A stretch of 64,000 nucleotides of DNA from Hemiscyllium ocellatum (Eukaryota). The position numbers were made by a program, and so were the translations under genes. The DNA lies in NCBI RefSeq assembly GCF_020745735.1, contig NC_083431.1, forward strand, positions 8,336,496 through 8,400,495, in the 5' to 3' direction. Under the pieces are notes generated by a model. The model saw nothing but the letters and a program-made list of their open reading frames with translations. It had not been told where the DNA came from and ran no database searches. This document shows, one piece after another, positions 48,622 through 61,610 of this stretch (position 1 is its first letter; each line of letters begins with the position of its first letter).

Positions 48622-50105
48622 GTAAGAGGTTTAATAAAAAATATTTAAAAAATTATTGAATGGAAGGGGGCGAATTTTAACGTAAGAAACCTATTGCATT
48701 GGGTAGAGTAAAGCCTTGTGGTCGCGGGAAAAAAGTTTTTTAAAACCCTTCGCGAGCGTGTTGGGTGTTTTTTTTATGGTTAAAACTTTAATTTGTTTGA
48801 AAGCCCCTCGTCTTGATTTGCATCCGGGTAACTGGTGCGAAAATGGCGGGAGTGGGATTTCTCTCTCTTCCCAAAGCGGCGGCGGCGCCCTCTCCGACGT
48901 CTCTGTGATTTTTTTTTTCTCTCTCTCTTTCGATCGGAATGGCCTGGATCCAGAGCATGGGGTTTTTAGTCGGTATTCGGGGAATCAGCAGCTATTCTGG
49001 TGGTGAAACGTGCGGAAGAGGGGAGGGGTGGGGGTGGGGTGTCTGCGAGGCGTTCCCGGCGTTTGTCGACGCTCGCGCCCGTTCCTCGCCGTGCGCGCGC
49101 GCGCCTTCGCGTGGTGGGGATCGCTTGCTCTCCCGGAGTGCGGGACGACGCGGCGGGCGGGCGTGCGCGCGCCCACGCTTCAACTGCGCGTCGCTGCTGT
49201 AACCGCCCGCCGAGCTCTTCGGTCGACGCCCCCCCCTCGTCAACAGGACCCGCTCGTTTTAAACTGTCGACCCGATCTAATCGGGATAACCTTTTTTTCA
49301 TTTTTTTTTCAAAAATATTCTCGTAGAAACATTTTGTTTTTTATTTCGTACCTTTTCCTTGTTTTTGTGTTTTTTTTGCAAGTGGCAAAACTGATTTAAA
49401 GACAAATGAGCTGCGGTGCATCTTTTATTAACCGGATTGTGTCCGAAGGCAATTCTCCTCCACCCCTCCCAAAAAGTAGGAGAAGCTTGTCCGCGCGCCC
49501 CCGAGGGGTGCCGTAGTGGTTGTATGTTTTAAATGCTTGTTTGCAGCATTTCACAGTTATAAACTATTCTCCCATGGATTTGCACCCGTTCCTCTGAATT
49601 GCACCATTTCTGTTCACCATTTTCTGTGCTCAGTTAGGCATTTGAGCTTCAGAGCTGATTTAGTCGAGTGGAACTGCCGGCTTTGGACAAACGAAGTGTT
49701 GTTTTTCCTTTTTTAAAATCGTCAACTCCACGAATAACCTTTCAAGAGTTTTTTTTAAAAAAAGGTGTACAGTGTTCCTGCTCAATAAGGCAGTGGCATT
49801 TGTTTTAGACCTGCTGCTTACATTCCCTGAGCCATTCAGAATGCTCAATCCAGACATACACACGAAATATTGGCACGTTATTTGTCAAACATTTTTACTG
49901 AGAACTGCTTGGATCTGTGACTAAATTTGATTCTTCCAACAGTGAGAGGAAGCCATGGAAGTTTAGGATTTGATCTGGCAATTGTGGAGGAAATTTAAGA
50001 GTTTTTTTTTAAATCAGTGCTCTTCAAACAAAAAAGATTTAAAAACTGTTGTTAAATTAAGTCAAACTCTCATTTAATTCAAAGCAATCCACTAATTAAA
50101 TACAG

Positions 50106-50382
50106 GGTGGTTCAGTGGTTAGCACTGCTGCCTCAGGGCACCAGGTTCGATTCCGGCCTCGGGTGTCTGTGTGGAGTTTGCACATTCTCCTTGTGTTTGC
50201 ATGGGTTTTCTCCTACAGTCCAAAAGATGTGCAGATCATGTAAATTGGCCATGCTAAATTACCCCATAGTGTTAGGTCAATTAGTCAGAGGGAAATGGGT
50301 CTGGATGGGTTACTCTTCGGAAGTTGGTGTGGACTGGTTGGGCTGAAGGGCCTGCTTCCATACTGTAAGGAATCTTATCTAA
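50106..50382 (+). mobile_element. HE1-type V-SINE (degraded)
   Basis: GGTGGTTCAGTGGTTAGCACTGCTGCCTCA head, V-domain and GGCTGAAGGGCCTG tail. Confidence 0.85.
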
Positions 50383-51496
50383 GAGTCCAATGGTGGGAGA
50401 GCATTATAATGCTGCTGAAAAGCTATTTCTGTGTATGCTTCTGGGGAGATTTTGTAACCTTTTGAAGTTCTTTAAAGAAACATTCCATGCGCATATTGCA
50501 AAAGTTAATACGTTAAGTGTTGAGGTTATAGATAGCTATATTGTACATATATGGATGCATGATCCTTTTCTGGTTGGCAGTATCTAGCCAGGATTGTGTG
50601 CTTGTTTTGATAGGCTGCTATTTGTAGAAATATCTACTGTTTCTAGCTGATAAGTTTATAAATTATATACTGCCTTTACTGTAGTAAAATGTTGCAAAGT
50701 GCTTCAAAGCAGAGTTCAGAATTTCATACTAAGCCACGTGAGGTTGTTTTAGAGCTTCTTTAGAGGTCAGTGATTTTTTTTAAAGGAAGGTGAGATAGGT
50801 GGAGATGCAGGGGAACTTGGGGTCAGAGCTTGGGGTCTGGCCATCTCAAGGAACAGCTGCCAGTGGTGGAGATATGAAAATCAGAGAAACCCAAGTGACT
50901 AGACTTAGGTGAGTGCAGTTTCTTAGAATTGGGTACCTTTCAGGTTAGAGGTATAAACAAAGCTTCATTTATCTCAGGCAGCATTGTTTTGGGGGAGATC
51001 AAAATTGGAACTTATTCCTGGTGTGCTGGCCAATTCCTCAATTGACGTCAAAATTTTGTCATTACCATGTTACAGTTTATGGGACTTTGCTGAATGCAGA
51101 TTGACTGCTGCAGTTCCTACATTACAATGATAACTACACTTTTAAAAATACTTCAGTCAAGTGCAGGAGAGTTGAGGCTATGAACTAATTTAAAATTAAT
51201 GAGCAGCACTAAAATTGATGTGTCGCTTCACTGAGAGGGAGTGTGTGTCAGCAACTAATGGGTTGATGGTGTAAATGGAGCTTTTGAGTAAGGACATGGG
51301 AACCAATGTTTCAATGACCTTAGTTTTGAGCAGAATAGAAATGTTTGGCCAGTTAGCGGTGTGCTGAAATAGTCAAGTCTCAAAGTAAGATGTGTAGATT
51401 TCATCAGGTGAGTTAGAATCAGGAAATGCTGTTTCAGTTAATCATTCTACTTGATATGTGGTTGAAAGATCTTCTCAGTGTCAACACCAACAATGT

Positions 51497-51708
51497 TAGG
51501 AGAAAGTGAGGATTGCAGATGCTGGAGATCAGAGTTGTGTAGTGTTGGAAAAGCACAGCAGGTCAGGCAGCATCCGAGGAGCAGGACAACCAACATTTCG
51601 GGCATAAGCCCTTTATCAGGATTCCTGATAAATGGCTTATGCCCGAAACATCGAATCTCCTGTGCCTTGGATGCTGGCTGACCTGCTATGCTTTTCCAGC
51701 ACCACACT
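51497..51708. mobile_element. Palindromic Penelope-type insert, both hammerhead cores mutated
   Basis: Centre ATCAGGATTCCTGAT. Cores read CTGATAA...GCCC-GAAAC-ATC. Same family as 40348-40572. Confidence 0.8.
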
Positions 51709-53659
51709 GTCAAAGTTACAAATGGTCTGGTTCAGTCTCACACTTGTCCAAGAGAAGGATGACGTTAATGGCAAGGAGCAAATACAATGTCTTCATCTTT
51801 CCAATATTTAAGTGGGGAAATTTCTGCTCCATTTTTGAAAATGCATGAGGGAAAATAAAAATTGAAACGTTGCATCATCAGTTTTCATTAAACTTTTGAA
51901 AGCAGTGATTTGCAATATTTGTTTCTCTCTTTGAGCATTCATTTGGGCAGGGGAAAATACCTTCTCATGTTAGTGTTTTGATGAATTTAGTAAATGGAGA
52001 TTGTAGTGAGAAATGGTTGTAATTCTTCATTGTTGCTACAGTAACTGTCAAACCATTCCTGACTTGCAGTTGCAAACATATCCACATGATAATGCAGAAA
52101 TATTTTAGTAATACAGTATTAAGTAAAACAACTTGAGTCCCCTTATCATGCTGAATCTATTTGAATTCATGCAATCCTTTTTGATAGGTTTTGTCAGCTA
52201 ACAGAAAGATGAAAAACCAGTAAAATGTATGCGGATCCTAATATTGGGATGTTTGTTCTTTACAAAGTAATAAGTTTGAGTTGAAGAGCACATTTCATGT
52301 TTGATTTTAAATAAAATCTCAGCTCGAGGTCATTGAGCTAGCCATTTTTTTTTAGGATTCTGAAAACAGTAAATAGTAATTACCAAAATTTGAGAAGTGT
52401 TTGATGCTCCAATCATCAAAAATGGAGATGGGAAGTTAGATCAATAGTCATCTTCCTGATAAATTAACATGAGGCCATGTCTTCCTGTGACAGAAATTTC
52501 CAGGATACGTTTCAATGAGCAGGAACTTATTTTCTGTGTTATGACCTATTTCCCTGCTTAACATAATTTAAAAGATCTATTGCTGAATCATTATAACTGA
52601 GGCATTGACAGATCACCTGTTTTAGATCATGAAGTCTGTGTTACTGATGAATTCTGTTGCCATTGTTGAAATATATTTTGGATCTTTTGCTATGTGAAAA
52701 TGGCAGATGTTTGTTCATGTCCTTTTTTTTTAAACCTTAATTGATGTACTTTGCTCTGTTTTCATTCCATTGTTTATACAAGGATATGAGTATATTATGT
52801 AATGTTTACTTTTAAAATGGATTAATTCAGAAATATATTAAATTTTTGCAGATACTGTGCAAATACTGTGTGTTTCTTGGATATAACTGAAGCAGGATAG
52901 TATCCTTAAATAATTTGTCAAGATGTTAAAATGTTTGTTTATTAATGACTTGGCTAATCTGTCCAGCAAGCATCTGAGCTTTACAGTGGAGGTTCACGGC
53001 AGATGAGGTGCTGCGGGGGACTTGGGAGCTATAGACCAAGATGGGGCCTCTGTGGGATGGTGTGATGGTGCTTTATTCTGACATGTAGCCTGCTAATGGT
53101 TGCTGTTGAGTCTGCTCTGAATAACAAACAACATGGATGAGAGACTTAAGCATTGAACATCCTTCTGAAATTAAATATTTAAGAAATTAATAGCTTCAGG
53201 AAAGTATTTTTATTAACTTGAGTATGTGTTCTGAAAGTAAGCAAATAATATTTTTCGGTGATGGTCTTGGTGTGTCCAGGTTTTTCGGTATTCTGAAGTT
53301 AGGCTATTAAATTTTTTTGTTTTTGGCAATCTTCATCAAATTTTAAACTGTAAATTGTGTTTGCGTCTTTTTCCAATTTTAAAAATAAGTTCTTCCAACA
53401 CAACTGAACTATTAAACCTTTTTGTTTTTGTTCTTGTTGAATTATTAGTGTATTAAGAATATGGAGAGTGCTGCAGTTGTGGCAGTATTCTTTTCTGTAG
53501 TATCTGACTGACACTAGAACATAGTTCAAAAGGCTTGGTTATCCCTTCCTGAATAATTGAAGGTTGTGCCAAATTAAAGCTGATTTGTTTTCCAACTTTG
53601 ATGTTTTTGATGTCTGTTAGAAATTCCCTACCATCAAACTTGCTGCCCTTTGTCCGTTC

Positions 53660-53735
53660 GTCCAGTGCCCTTTTTATGTTGTACTACTAGTGATAACAGA
53701 AAAAAGCAGTGCAATATTAAAAGGGCATTGGCTGG
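53660..53735 (+). ncRNA. MIR130C: miR-130-family pre-miRNA (miR-130c type)
   Basis: 3p CAGTGCAATATTAAAAGGGCAT (53707-53728) and 5p GCCCTTTTTATGTTGTACTACT (53667-53688) pair as a hairpin; seed AGUGCAA. The paralogue letter varies between species. Confidence 0.93.
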
Positions 53736-54329
53736 CGATGAGATCAATGCCTATAGGAGCTACAGTTCAGTGGGCATTTCTTCCCCAACCACCACTGCCC
53801 CTCCCCCATCCCAAAAGGACTTTCTTGTGAAGGAGCAGATATTTACCAGTGAGAATTTCATTGGTGGGTAAGTTGGAGCTGATGGTACTTTTTTTATATA
53901 CTGAAGTAATTTTGAAGAAAATTTTTAAAATCTGGTGCTATAAATCAAAGTCATGAACCTCCATTTTGAAACATTTATTAATTTTGTTTAAAAATTCTTG
54001 AATGAGTGATGCCATGTATTCGTTATATATGTTATCCATTTTATCACAATTTTATCCTTTCTCCAAACTGGTTTTAGAATTGCATGGAAGTTATTTCTGA
54101 TCTGACGTGTAGAATCCCTATTTTTGCACCACATCAGTGTTGGTGCGAAGCAATTTTAAGCTTGCATTTATTGTACTTATATGATATGTGATCTGAAGTC
54201 CCCTAACATGAGATGGATCAGAGTTTTCAGATTTGAAATATTGAATGCATTGAAATCAATGATAAATTAGTTCATTGGGCCCATGGATACATGCTTCTCT
54301 GGCAAATTAATTTTAATTTTGGATCATAC

Positions 54330-55100
54330 CCCTGCTTTCTGCAGTAGTGAATTCCACAGGCTCACCGCTCTTCTTGAGGTGAGGAGAAATTCATGTAGTT
54401 CTAAATGTTTTATTATGTATCCTTTGACTGTGAGCTCTGATTGATTTTGGACTCCCCTGTCATGAATCTATCCTGTCTAGCCTTGTTAATATTCATATTT
54501 CTATTAAATATCCTCCACTGCCACTATTCTAAACAGCAAATGTAATCCTAATCTATTCAACCTGTCCTCATGTGTCAGTCCTACCATCCCAGGAGTCAGT
54601 CGGGTAGACCTTTGCTGCACTCCTAGCAAGAATATCCTTCTTCTGATTGATAGAGATGAAACAGCTCACAATTTTGAAGATGTGATCTCTCCGATGCCCT
54701 ATATAATTGCAGCGAGGCATCCCTGCTCCTGTGTTTGCATCTCGCTATGAAGGCCAACATATTTACCACCTTTAGTGTCTGCTATACCTCAGTGACTGAT
54801 GTGCATGGACATAGGTTTTGTTACACATTCCCATCTGATTATAGCCATTCTGAATTCCTCCTCAAATGGATAATCTTGTATTTATCCACATTGTACTGCA
54901 TCTGTAATGGATTTATCTGCTCACTCAGCTTGTGCAGATCACACTGAAGCATCTCTGCATCTTCCTCCCAGGTTGCCTTCCCACTCACTCAGTCATTTGC
55001 CAGTTTGGAGGTGTTATGTTTAGTTCTTTCATCTAAACAGTTAATGTGTATTGTGAATAGTTGGGAGTCCTAGCAGTGATTTCACTGGTACCCCATCAGT
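54330..55100 (-). mobile_element. Degraded CR1 LINE (antisense to SKA2)
   Basis: Reverse complement of CR1 RT C-terminal and 3' motifs (GTGAATTCCACAGGCTCACC, CTACCATCCCAGGA, GCCCTATATAATTGCAGC). Confidence 0.65.
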
Positions 55101-55940
55101 CAGTATCCCTACTGCCTGTCAGGTGGATTTTCGTTTTGAGATTGCCAACCATTTGCACGAAGCAATTATATAATTTTGTCTGGTTTGTTGGAGCGCACTC
55201 CAAGCAGCCAGGATGCAGCCGAAAGTTATTTACTACTTCGAAGTAGTAAAACTCAAAGTGTAGAATATGGAAGGAATTGGGTTATACCCTGTGTTAGAAC
55301 ACCAATAGGAGTTATGAAATAATAAGTTTGGAAATCTCTCACATTTCTTGTGTTTATCTTTCAGCTGGAGTTGCTGTTGAGAAAGGCCAAGAATTACTGT
55401 AGATAGTCTTTACCTCTCATCTGTAGACCAGGTGAGAAGGTGCCTCTTAGTTTTTTCATGTGGAGTATAATTTAATTCATAAATTTTAAATTTGTTTGTC
55501 CTGTGGTTCATGAGCTTTTACAGTTTATGCTTACATTAATATGACAGCAAAAAAGACTTCCTACCTAGATTTGAACCTCAAATTAAATTTTCTCTAAAAC
55601 CCGATAACTCTAAAAATCTAACCGGATTCTCTAAAAATCTGATCACCACTCCCAATGTATTAGGATGTTAAGTTCAGTAATAATGAGATTAATTTTTCTG
55701 GGTTGACATCTCACTATCAGGTTATTTTTAAAATAAAATATTACTTTTAAACTAAATACTAATGAATGTTCATAGCTTGATAATTGAGTTTTAAATCCTA
55801 TCTAGAGAATATTATTTTAGAAAATATTTCAACAAACATTTTAGTGACTAATGTACATAGAAATTGGCTAAGATTGATTGCTTTTACAGATCAGTTTGTT
55901 GTAGTGGGACAGTTGAAAGTTCTCCAGTTCTCCTAGGCTT

Positions 55941-56026
55941 GCTGCTAACAGATGCTCTGACTTTATTGCACTACTGTGTTTCACAGCTAGCAGTGCAATA
56001 GTATTGTCAAAGCATCTGAAGGTAGG
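55941..56026 (+). ncRNA. MIR301A: miR-301 pre-miRNA
   Basis: 5p GCTCTGACTTTATTGCACTACT (55954-55975) and 3p CAGTGCAATAGTATTGTCAAAGC (55991-56013) match recalled miR-301a. Located in SKA2 intron 1 as in mammals. Confidence 0.96.
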
Positions 56027-59000
56027 TCAGATCATCGCGGCGGAGAATTTGAAATCGTCACCTGGCCATGGGCAGCACAGTGGATTCTTTATGAGCACAG
56101 GTTTTTGTGTTCTTAAACTGCAATCTGGCACCAAATGTTGTCATGAGGTAGGAGTATAGTAAGACAGCAGGAGTAAAATTTTCGTCTTGTGAATTCTAAG
56201 AAGATTGCATACTTTTCTGCTTAGTTAAGTGTAAAATTGCATACAGAAATGGTTAGAGCCAGATGAGGCTTTTAGAGCATTAAGAATGCTATGTGACAAG
56301 ATCTATGCAAAACAACAGGCTATTGAATCACTTGTTTTCTTAAAATGCTATTGAAATGTGAATACCATAAGGCAACATGCACTTGTGACATTCAAAATAG
56401 ATTTGACATTGTTTCATTGCAAATAGTGGTATGGTGGCAACCTCATTGTGAGTTTTCAGGTTTTTGACTTACTTCATCTTAACATGAACATGGGAAGATG
56501 GGCTCTTTGATGTGGGAGAGAGAATTTAAACGCTTTCTCTAAATTTTACATCTATTAAAATAAATTGCACGTGCTTGGTGCATTGATTGGAGTTCAAAGC
56601 TGTTATGCTAAAATGTAGATTTAGGATAGATTTTTAACTAGAGTTGTTGAATGCTGTAACTTTTTACTGTGGTAGTAAATTCTTTGGGTATCCTCATACT
56701 TGTGGACATCAATTTTGAAGTTGAATGGATTTAATGGATATAGGTTTTCTGCACGATAATTTTGGATTTTTAGTAATGATCACTGAAATATAATTTCACA
56801 CAAGCATTCATTAGAGAAGTGCAATTCATAATCGGGTGTTGGAGTGTCGTTGTGCTTGCAAAATTATTTCTACTTTTTTAAATACCCTCAATCTGGAATT
56901 CCAGTTATGTATTTCTTTGATCATGCAAATACTGTTTGGCTGTTCAATACTCTTAGTCCATTCAGATGTATATTTCTCTGCAATTGTGTATGCAAAGAAT
57001 ATAGAACAGTATAGCACAATACAAGCTCTTTGACCCTCGATGTTGTGCTGACCTTTTGCCAAGATAAAGAAATTTTTTCATTTTACATAGTGATTGTTGT
57101 GATATAAAATACATTGCCTGAAGGGATGGTGAAGGAAGATTAAATAGCATCATTCAGAAGAAATTTTGATTAAAAATTATTTGGGGAGAAAATTACTGTA
57201 CAAATTGAACAGCAAAGTGGGGTTCAATTTGCTCTCCAAGTCCCGGTATAGGCATTATGACGAAACAACTACCTGCACGATTCTATAACTTTGGTTTCGT
57301 ATTGGTATTTTCACTTCGCAGTATTCAAATTTTAATGTCTGTTATTGCAATTAATCAAATCTTTTACAGGATCCTGCAGCCACAGAAAATCCAGTGTCTC
57401 GTCTCAACCAACATCTTGGACGTGGGGTTTTGGAATCAAGAGAAATGTTACAACTTGAATGTGTTTGCTGCAGGTTGCATTGTGATTGTGGGGTGCACTA
57501 TACATAAGAGTGATTAACTTCATAAAGTTGCAATTTCCTTGGCTATACAGTCCATTGCACACTTAATTTTTAAGCTATAGTGCATACATTGGGATGCTGT
57601 TTGCAATAAAAGAATGATTTAGCTGTTTGGTTTTGTCGCTGTTTATCAGTAATATCTGCCTTTTCACACAGAAAGACTGTTTGAACTGTCTGACTCTGCA
57701 GCAGTCTTAATTGCAAGAAATCTAACTTCTGTACTTATTGTCCATTATTGGATTGATTTCTAAAGACATATTTAGTAAAACACTTCAGATCCTATTAATC
57801 ATTTGTGAAATCCTGACTATTGTCCCTGTTACGGATTCACTTAAGCAAAAGTGCCAGTATTTCACCATTTGCTCTCTCAAACCTGCATATAACTTCTCTG
57901 CTTCTATTCAGGTTTTTTCTCTCAAACTTGCTTATTGCACTGTATAAAATTATGGGAGAGGGGCTTTTATATTTTAACATTTTTCTTAGTGGCAAAATGT
58001 TATGTTTCTATGGAAGTTCTTTTAAATGTATGCAGAGTATTTAATAGGCAGTATTGATCATATTGTATGGTATTTTGCAAATTGTTTGTTTATTTAGATT
58101 ATGGGTTAACCCTGTACCTGTGTACAGTATATGTTGTTTGATGTAAATGTTACATTCTATACCTCTTCCTCCCTAAGATTAATTTGGCTTATTTTCAGCT
58201 AACCTGTCTTAGTTTATTTCTTTTTGGGTCAAAAAGGTTATTTGGCTGTATTGACTGACCAACCTCTTCTGTCTCTTTATAAACTGTTCTCTAAATAAAA
58301 ACTCTTATCTTTGCATCTCATTGTGTAACAGTGTGGTTAAGATCAGGAGCTTGAAGACTTCTGACTGTATTGTTCAAATTTCATAGCATGGTATGGCCAC
58401 CTGTGCTATAACAGTATAATAAACTGCAACACACCAGTTTGCATAAGGCATTTTGAGATAATGCACCAAATGTTATACCTGCTTCCAGCACACTAAGATC
58501 TCACTGCACTATCATTTCGATGTTCATTTGCATCCTAATTCACTAAATGCAGCAAAAATCTGATGGATTTATACATCTGGATTCTAGCAGAGCATCTTTC
58601 AGAAGTAGTTCTGAAGAAGTCTTGACAGACTCAATTCTGTTTTTTTTTGTCTGCAGCTACTACAAGACCTGCTGAATTTCTCCAGCATTTTGTGTGTTTG
58701 GTCAAGAGTTTTCTTCTTTCTGTCTTCCTCCATTTTTGAATAGAAGTGTTATGTTTGAGGTTTTCCAATCCACTGGAACCCTTTCAGAATCCTGAGTATT
58801 TTGGAAGATTGTGATAAATGCAAACATTATCTCTGAAGCTGCTTCCTTTTAGACTCTAGGATAAAGGGCATGAGATATATCCAAGGGACTTATTAGCCTT
58901 TAGTCCCATTTGAGGCTGTTGTGGTGCAATGATAATGTCCCTCCATCCGAGCCAGCAGGCTAATTTTCAAGTCCCACCTATTCCTGAAATGTGCCATGAC

Positions 59001-61610
59001 GTGTCTCAAAAGGTTGATTAGAAAATGGTTTAATCACATTAGCTTTATTAATACTTTTTTTTCTACTGACTGTTTTAAGTTCTTTTCCCTTTTGTCCCTT
59101 TTTTTAACTATTCCTAGGATGCCTCTACTGTGAAGATGAATACAAGATGCTTGTTTAAAGTCTTCTCTAATTTCCTTGGTTTCCATTAATTCCCCAAACT
59201 CATTCAAATATGCTGTTTGAAACTTTTACTGTAATTTTCCCAGTCCACTCTGGCCTCAACCTGTAATTGTTTTTCTATTAAAGTTTAAAGCACTAGTTTC
59301 AGACCCTAATTTCTAATTTTCGTAAACTGAATATGAAACCTTTCAGAGATCTTTTTCCTGTGAGGTTTCCAGTTAATCCTGTCTCATTACATATTATCAG
59401 GTCTGGGTACACTGCTCCCTGGTCAGTTTCAGCGCACACTGTGCGAAGAAACTAAACTCATCATTCAGGTTATGTTTATCTCCAGTTTTTATACATGAAG
59501 ATTAAAATTGTCCATATTTATTGCAGGCTTTTCTTTACAGGCCCAATTTATCTCTTGACCTGTACTCTGTCCTACAGTGGGTCATATAAATCACTCCCAG
59601 TGACTTTCCTTTATTTCTTACCTTATTTATAAATTTATGCCCTAATTTTGACAGTCAACAGCAAAAATTGGAAATTTATTTTTCACCACCAGATGGATGT
59701 ATTGTTCAATCTGCAATTCAAATTGCTAATCAATTACAGCAGTTCTTGTTAAAAGGCATTTATGGATCCTTGGGGAAGGGAGGGCTCACAGATGAAGACT
59801 TGTGCAGCTGTCACTGTTAGAGAACCGGACACTGGTGTCATTTTCTTATTGGAGAAGTTACTAAGTTCTTGAAATGAAAATAGAAAATTGAATCTGAGGC
59901 TTCCTTCAAGCTTGGGTGATGCCAGGGGCCTGTGTCTGTTCAGGGAAGGCTGGATAGTGCAATCATTGCATTGTTCAGATGTGATTCTGCTATCAGAACA
60001 ATGTTGTCTGTCTGCTTTACAGTGCCCAATCTCTCCATGTCATTTCCCTGTATTTATCTGTATCTGGTGGATTCGTGTTATGCAAAAATCAAGAGTGTCC
60101 GTGCAAGATTGGAATTGATTCTGTCAATCTTATGTGGATAGACCTATCTTTGCAACTAGCTGCAGAATGTTCTGTTGATTTGGACTGTCATACTACTGAA
60201 TCCTTGGAAAGTTTATGCAGAGTAGCTGTTTACCAGAAGTTCATTAGGCAGTGGTTCATATGTGAAGTTCTCAAGGTCCTGTGGAAAAATAATGATTCCC
60301 TGAGCGGACTATCAAAGTCACTTGGTAGGATGCCTCGTGGTCAGAACTTTGAAACGAATTTCAAGATGTAGCTTAGTTTGTGGTGAGAAGGAGTTTCTGG
60401 TAGATCTTTGTGTGCCTGGAATCTCACTATCCATTTGGACCTCAAGGCCACTGGCTGTAGAGAGGAAGAGATTTTTGTACATCTCCTGAAATGTACCTTA
60501 GCAAAACAGAACTGGAAAGGCAAGCGATGATATTGTTGTGGTTCATCCTGAGAAGCTCTTTAGCAATGCAATTCTGTGACCTCTGCAAATAGTCTGTGGA
60601 GTATAACGTGCATACAATGACCGCTGCTGGAACACCAGTAACCCAGTGAAAGATGCTTTTTGGTCTATTCAGAACATGTTGGTCATCCATTGCAGAGAGT
60701 TGTTCATGGCTTAGTTTTACAGACTGATGCATTCAAAGATCCAGGACCATGTTCTGAGGGAACCTCTTAAATCATGGAATAGCCATGCAAAGACTCCATC
60801 AGGATCAGTCACATTCTAATGTGCTCCAACCATGTTGCGCTGACAAGCTGGGACCTACATAAAACTTTTTTTTCCCCAGCTGTACATAGCCGTCTGTATT
60901 TGACATGAAGTGAATATAATCTAATTACAAATAGAAGTACCTCATCACATACAGAATTGAAAGAAATTGAAATATATTATGCTTCTGTGTAACGTGGAAA
61001 CTGGGATATTTAATAAAATTTTCCAGTGGTAGATTACTTATGAAATTTTTTTTTGCAGTGAGGATAAAACCTGAGTTTTTAAACATGCACTAAATTATGC
61101 TGTAAATCTAATTGTAAGTTCAATAATTAGTTGGCAGATTTTCTTTTATTTTGTGCTGTGTTACATGAGAGAAGATATTCATGAAAGCCAATATTCCAAC
61201 CACAAAAGGATCAGTTTAAATTCCAAACTTGCAGTTTTTAGCTAGCAGTATAGAAACCAGATTACTGGTTTTTGTTTTTTTTTTGGCTGGGGAGTCAAAA
61301 TGGTGGAAGGAATTTGGAGTTTAATCTCACTTTCAAGTACTAATAACTTGGTGGAGGGTATGTTGAACAAATGCAATTAGAGTTGACTGTATACTGATCG
61401 TGTCAGTTTTTAGGTATTCAGCAATACAGTCCTGGGGGAAAAAACGCCATTTTATTGATCAAAAATCTTGAAATTGTGATTATAATCCTCCATTTGTTTT
61501 TATTATTGAGGTTTAGTAGAACCATCATAATGTTGACCTTCAGTTTCTGTAACCTTAACTTTCCTGTCTTTTTGGTGTAGCGTTTTAGCATAGGAGCTGT
61601 ACCAATGTTG

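Noticed and set aside
48939-49399. Several overlapping Arg/Ala-rich ORFs
   Set aside because: Expected by-product of a GC-rich CpG island with few stop codons; no recognisable protein.
57370-57475. AG-bounded stretch reading DPAATENPVSRL, vaguely like SKA2 ...EKNPVTLL
   Set aside because: Weak donor, wrong exon order (no exon 2 before it) and the similarity does not extend.
58915-59030. GTGCAATGATAA resembling a miR-130 3p arm
   Set aside because: No hairpin partner. It is the A-box region of a tRNA-derived SINE head also seen at ~6345 and, inverted, at ~25450 and ~63380.
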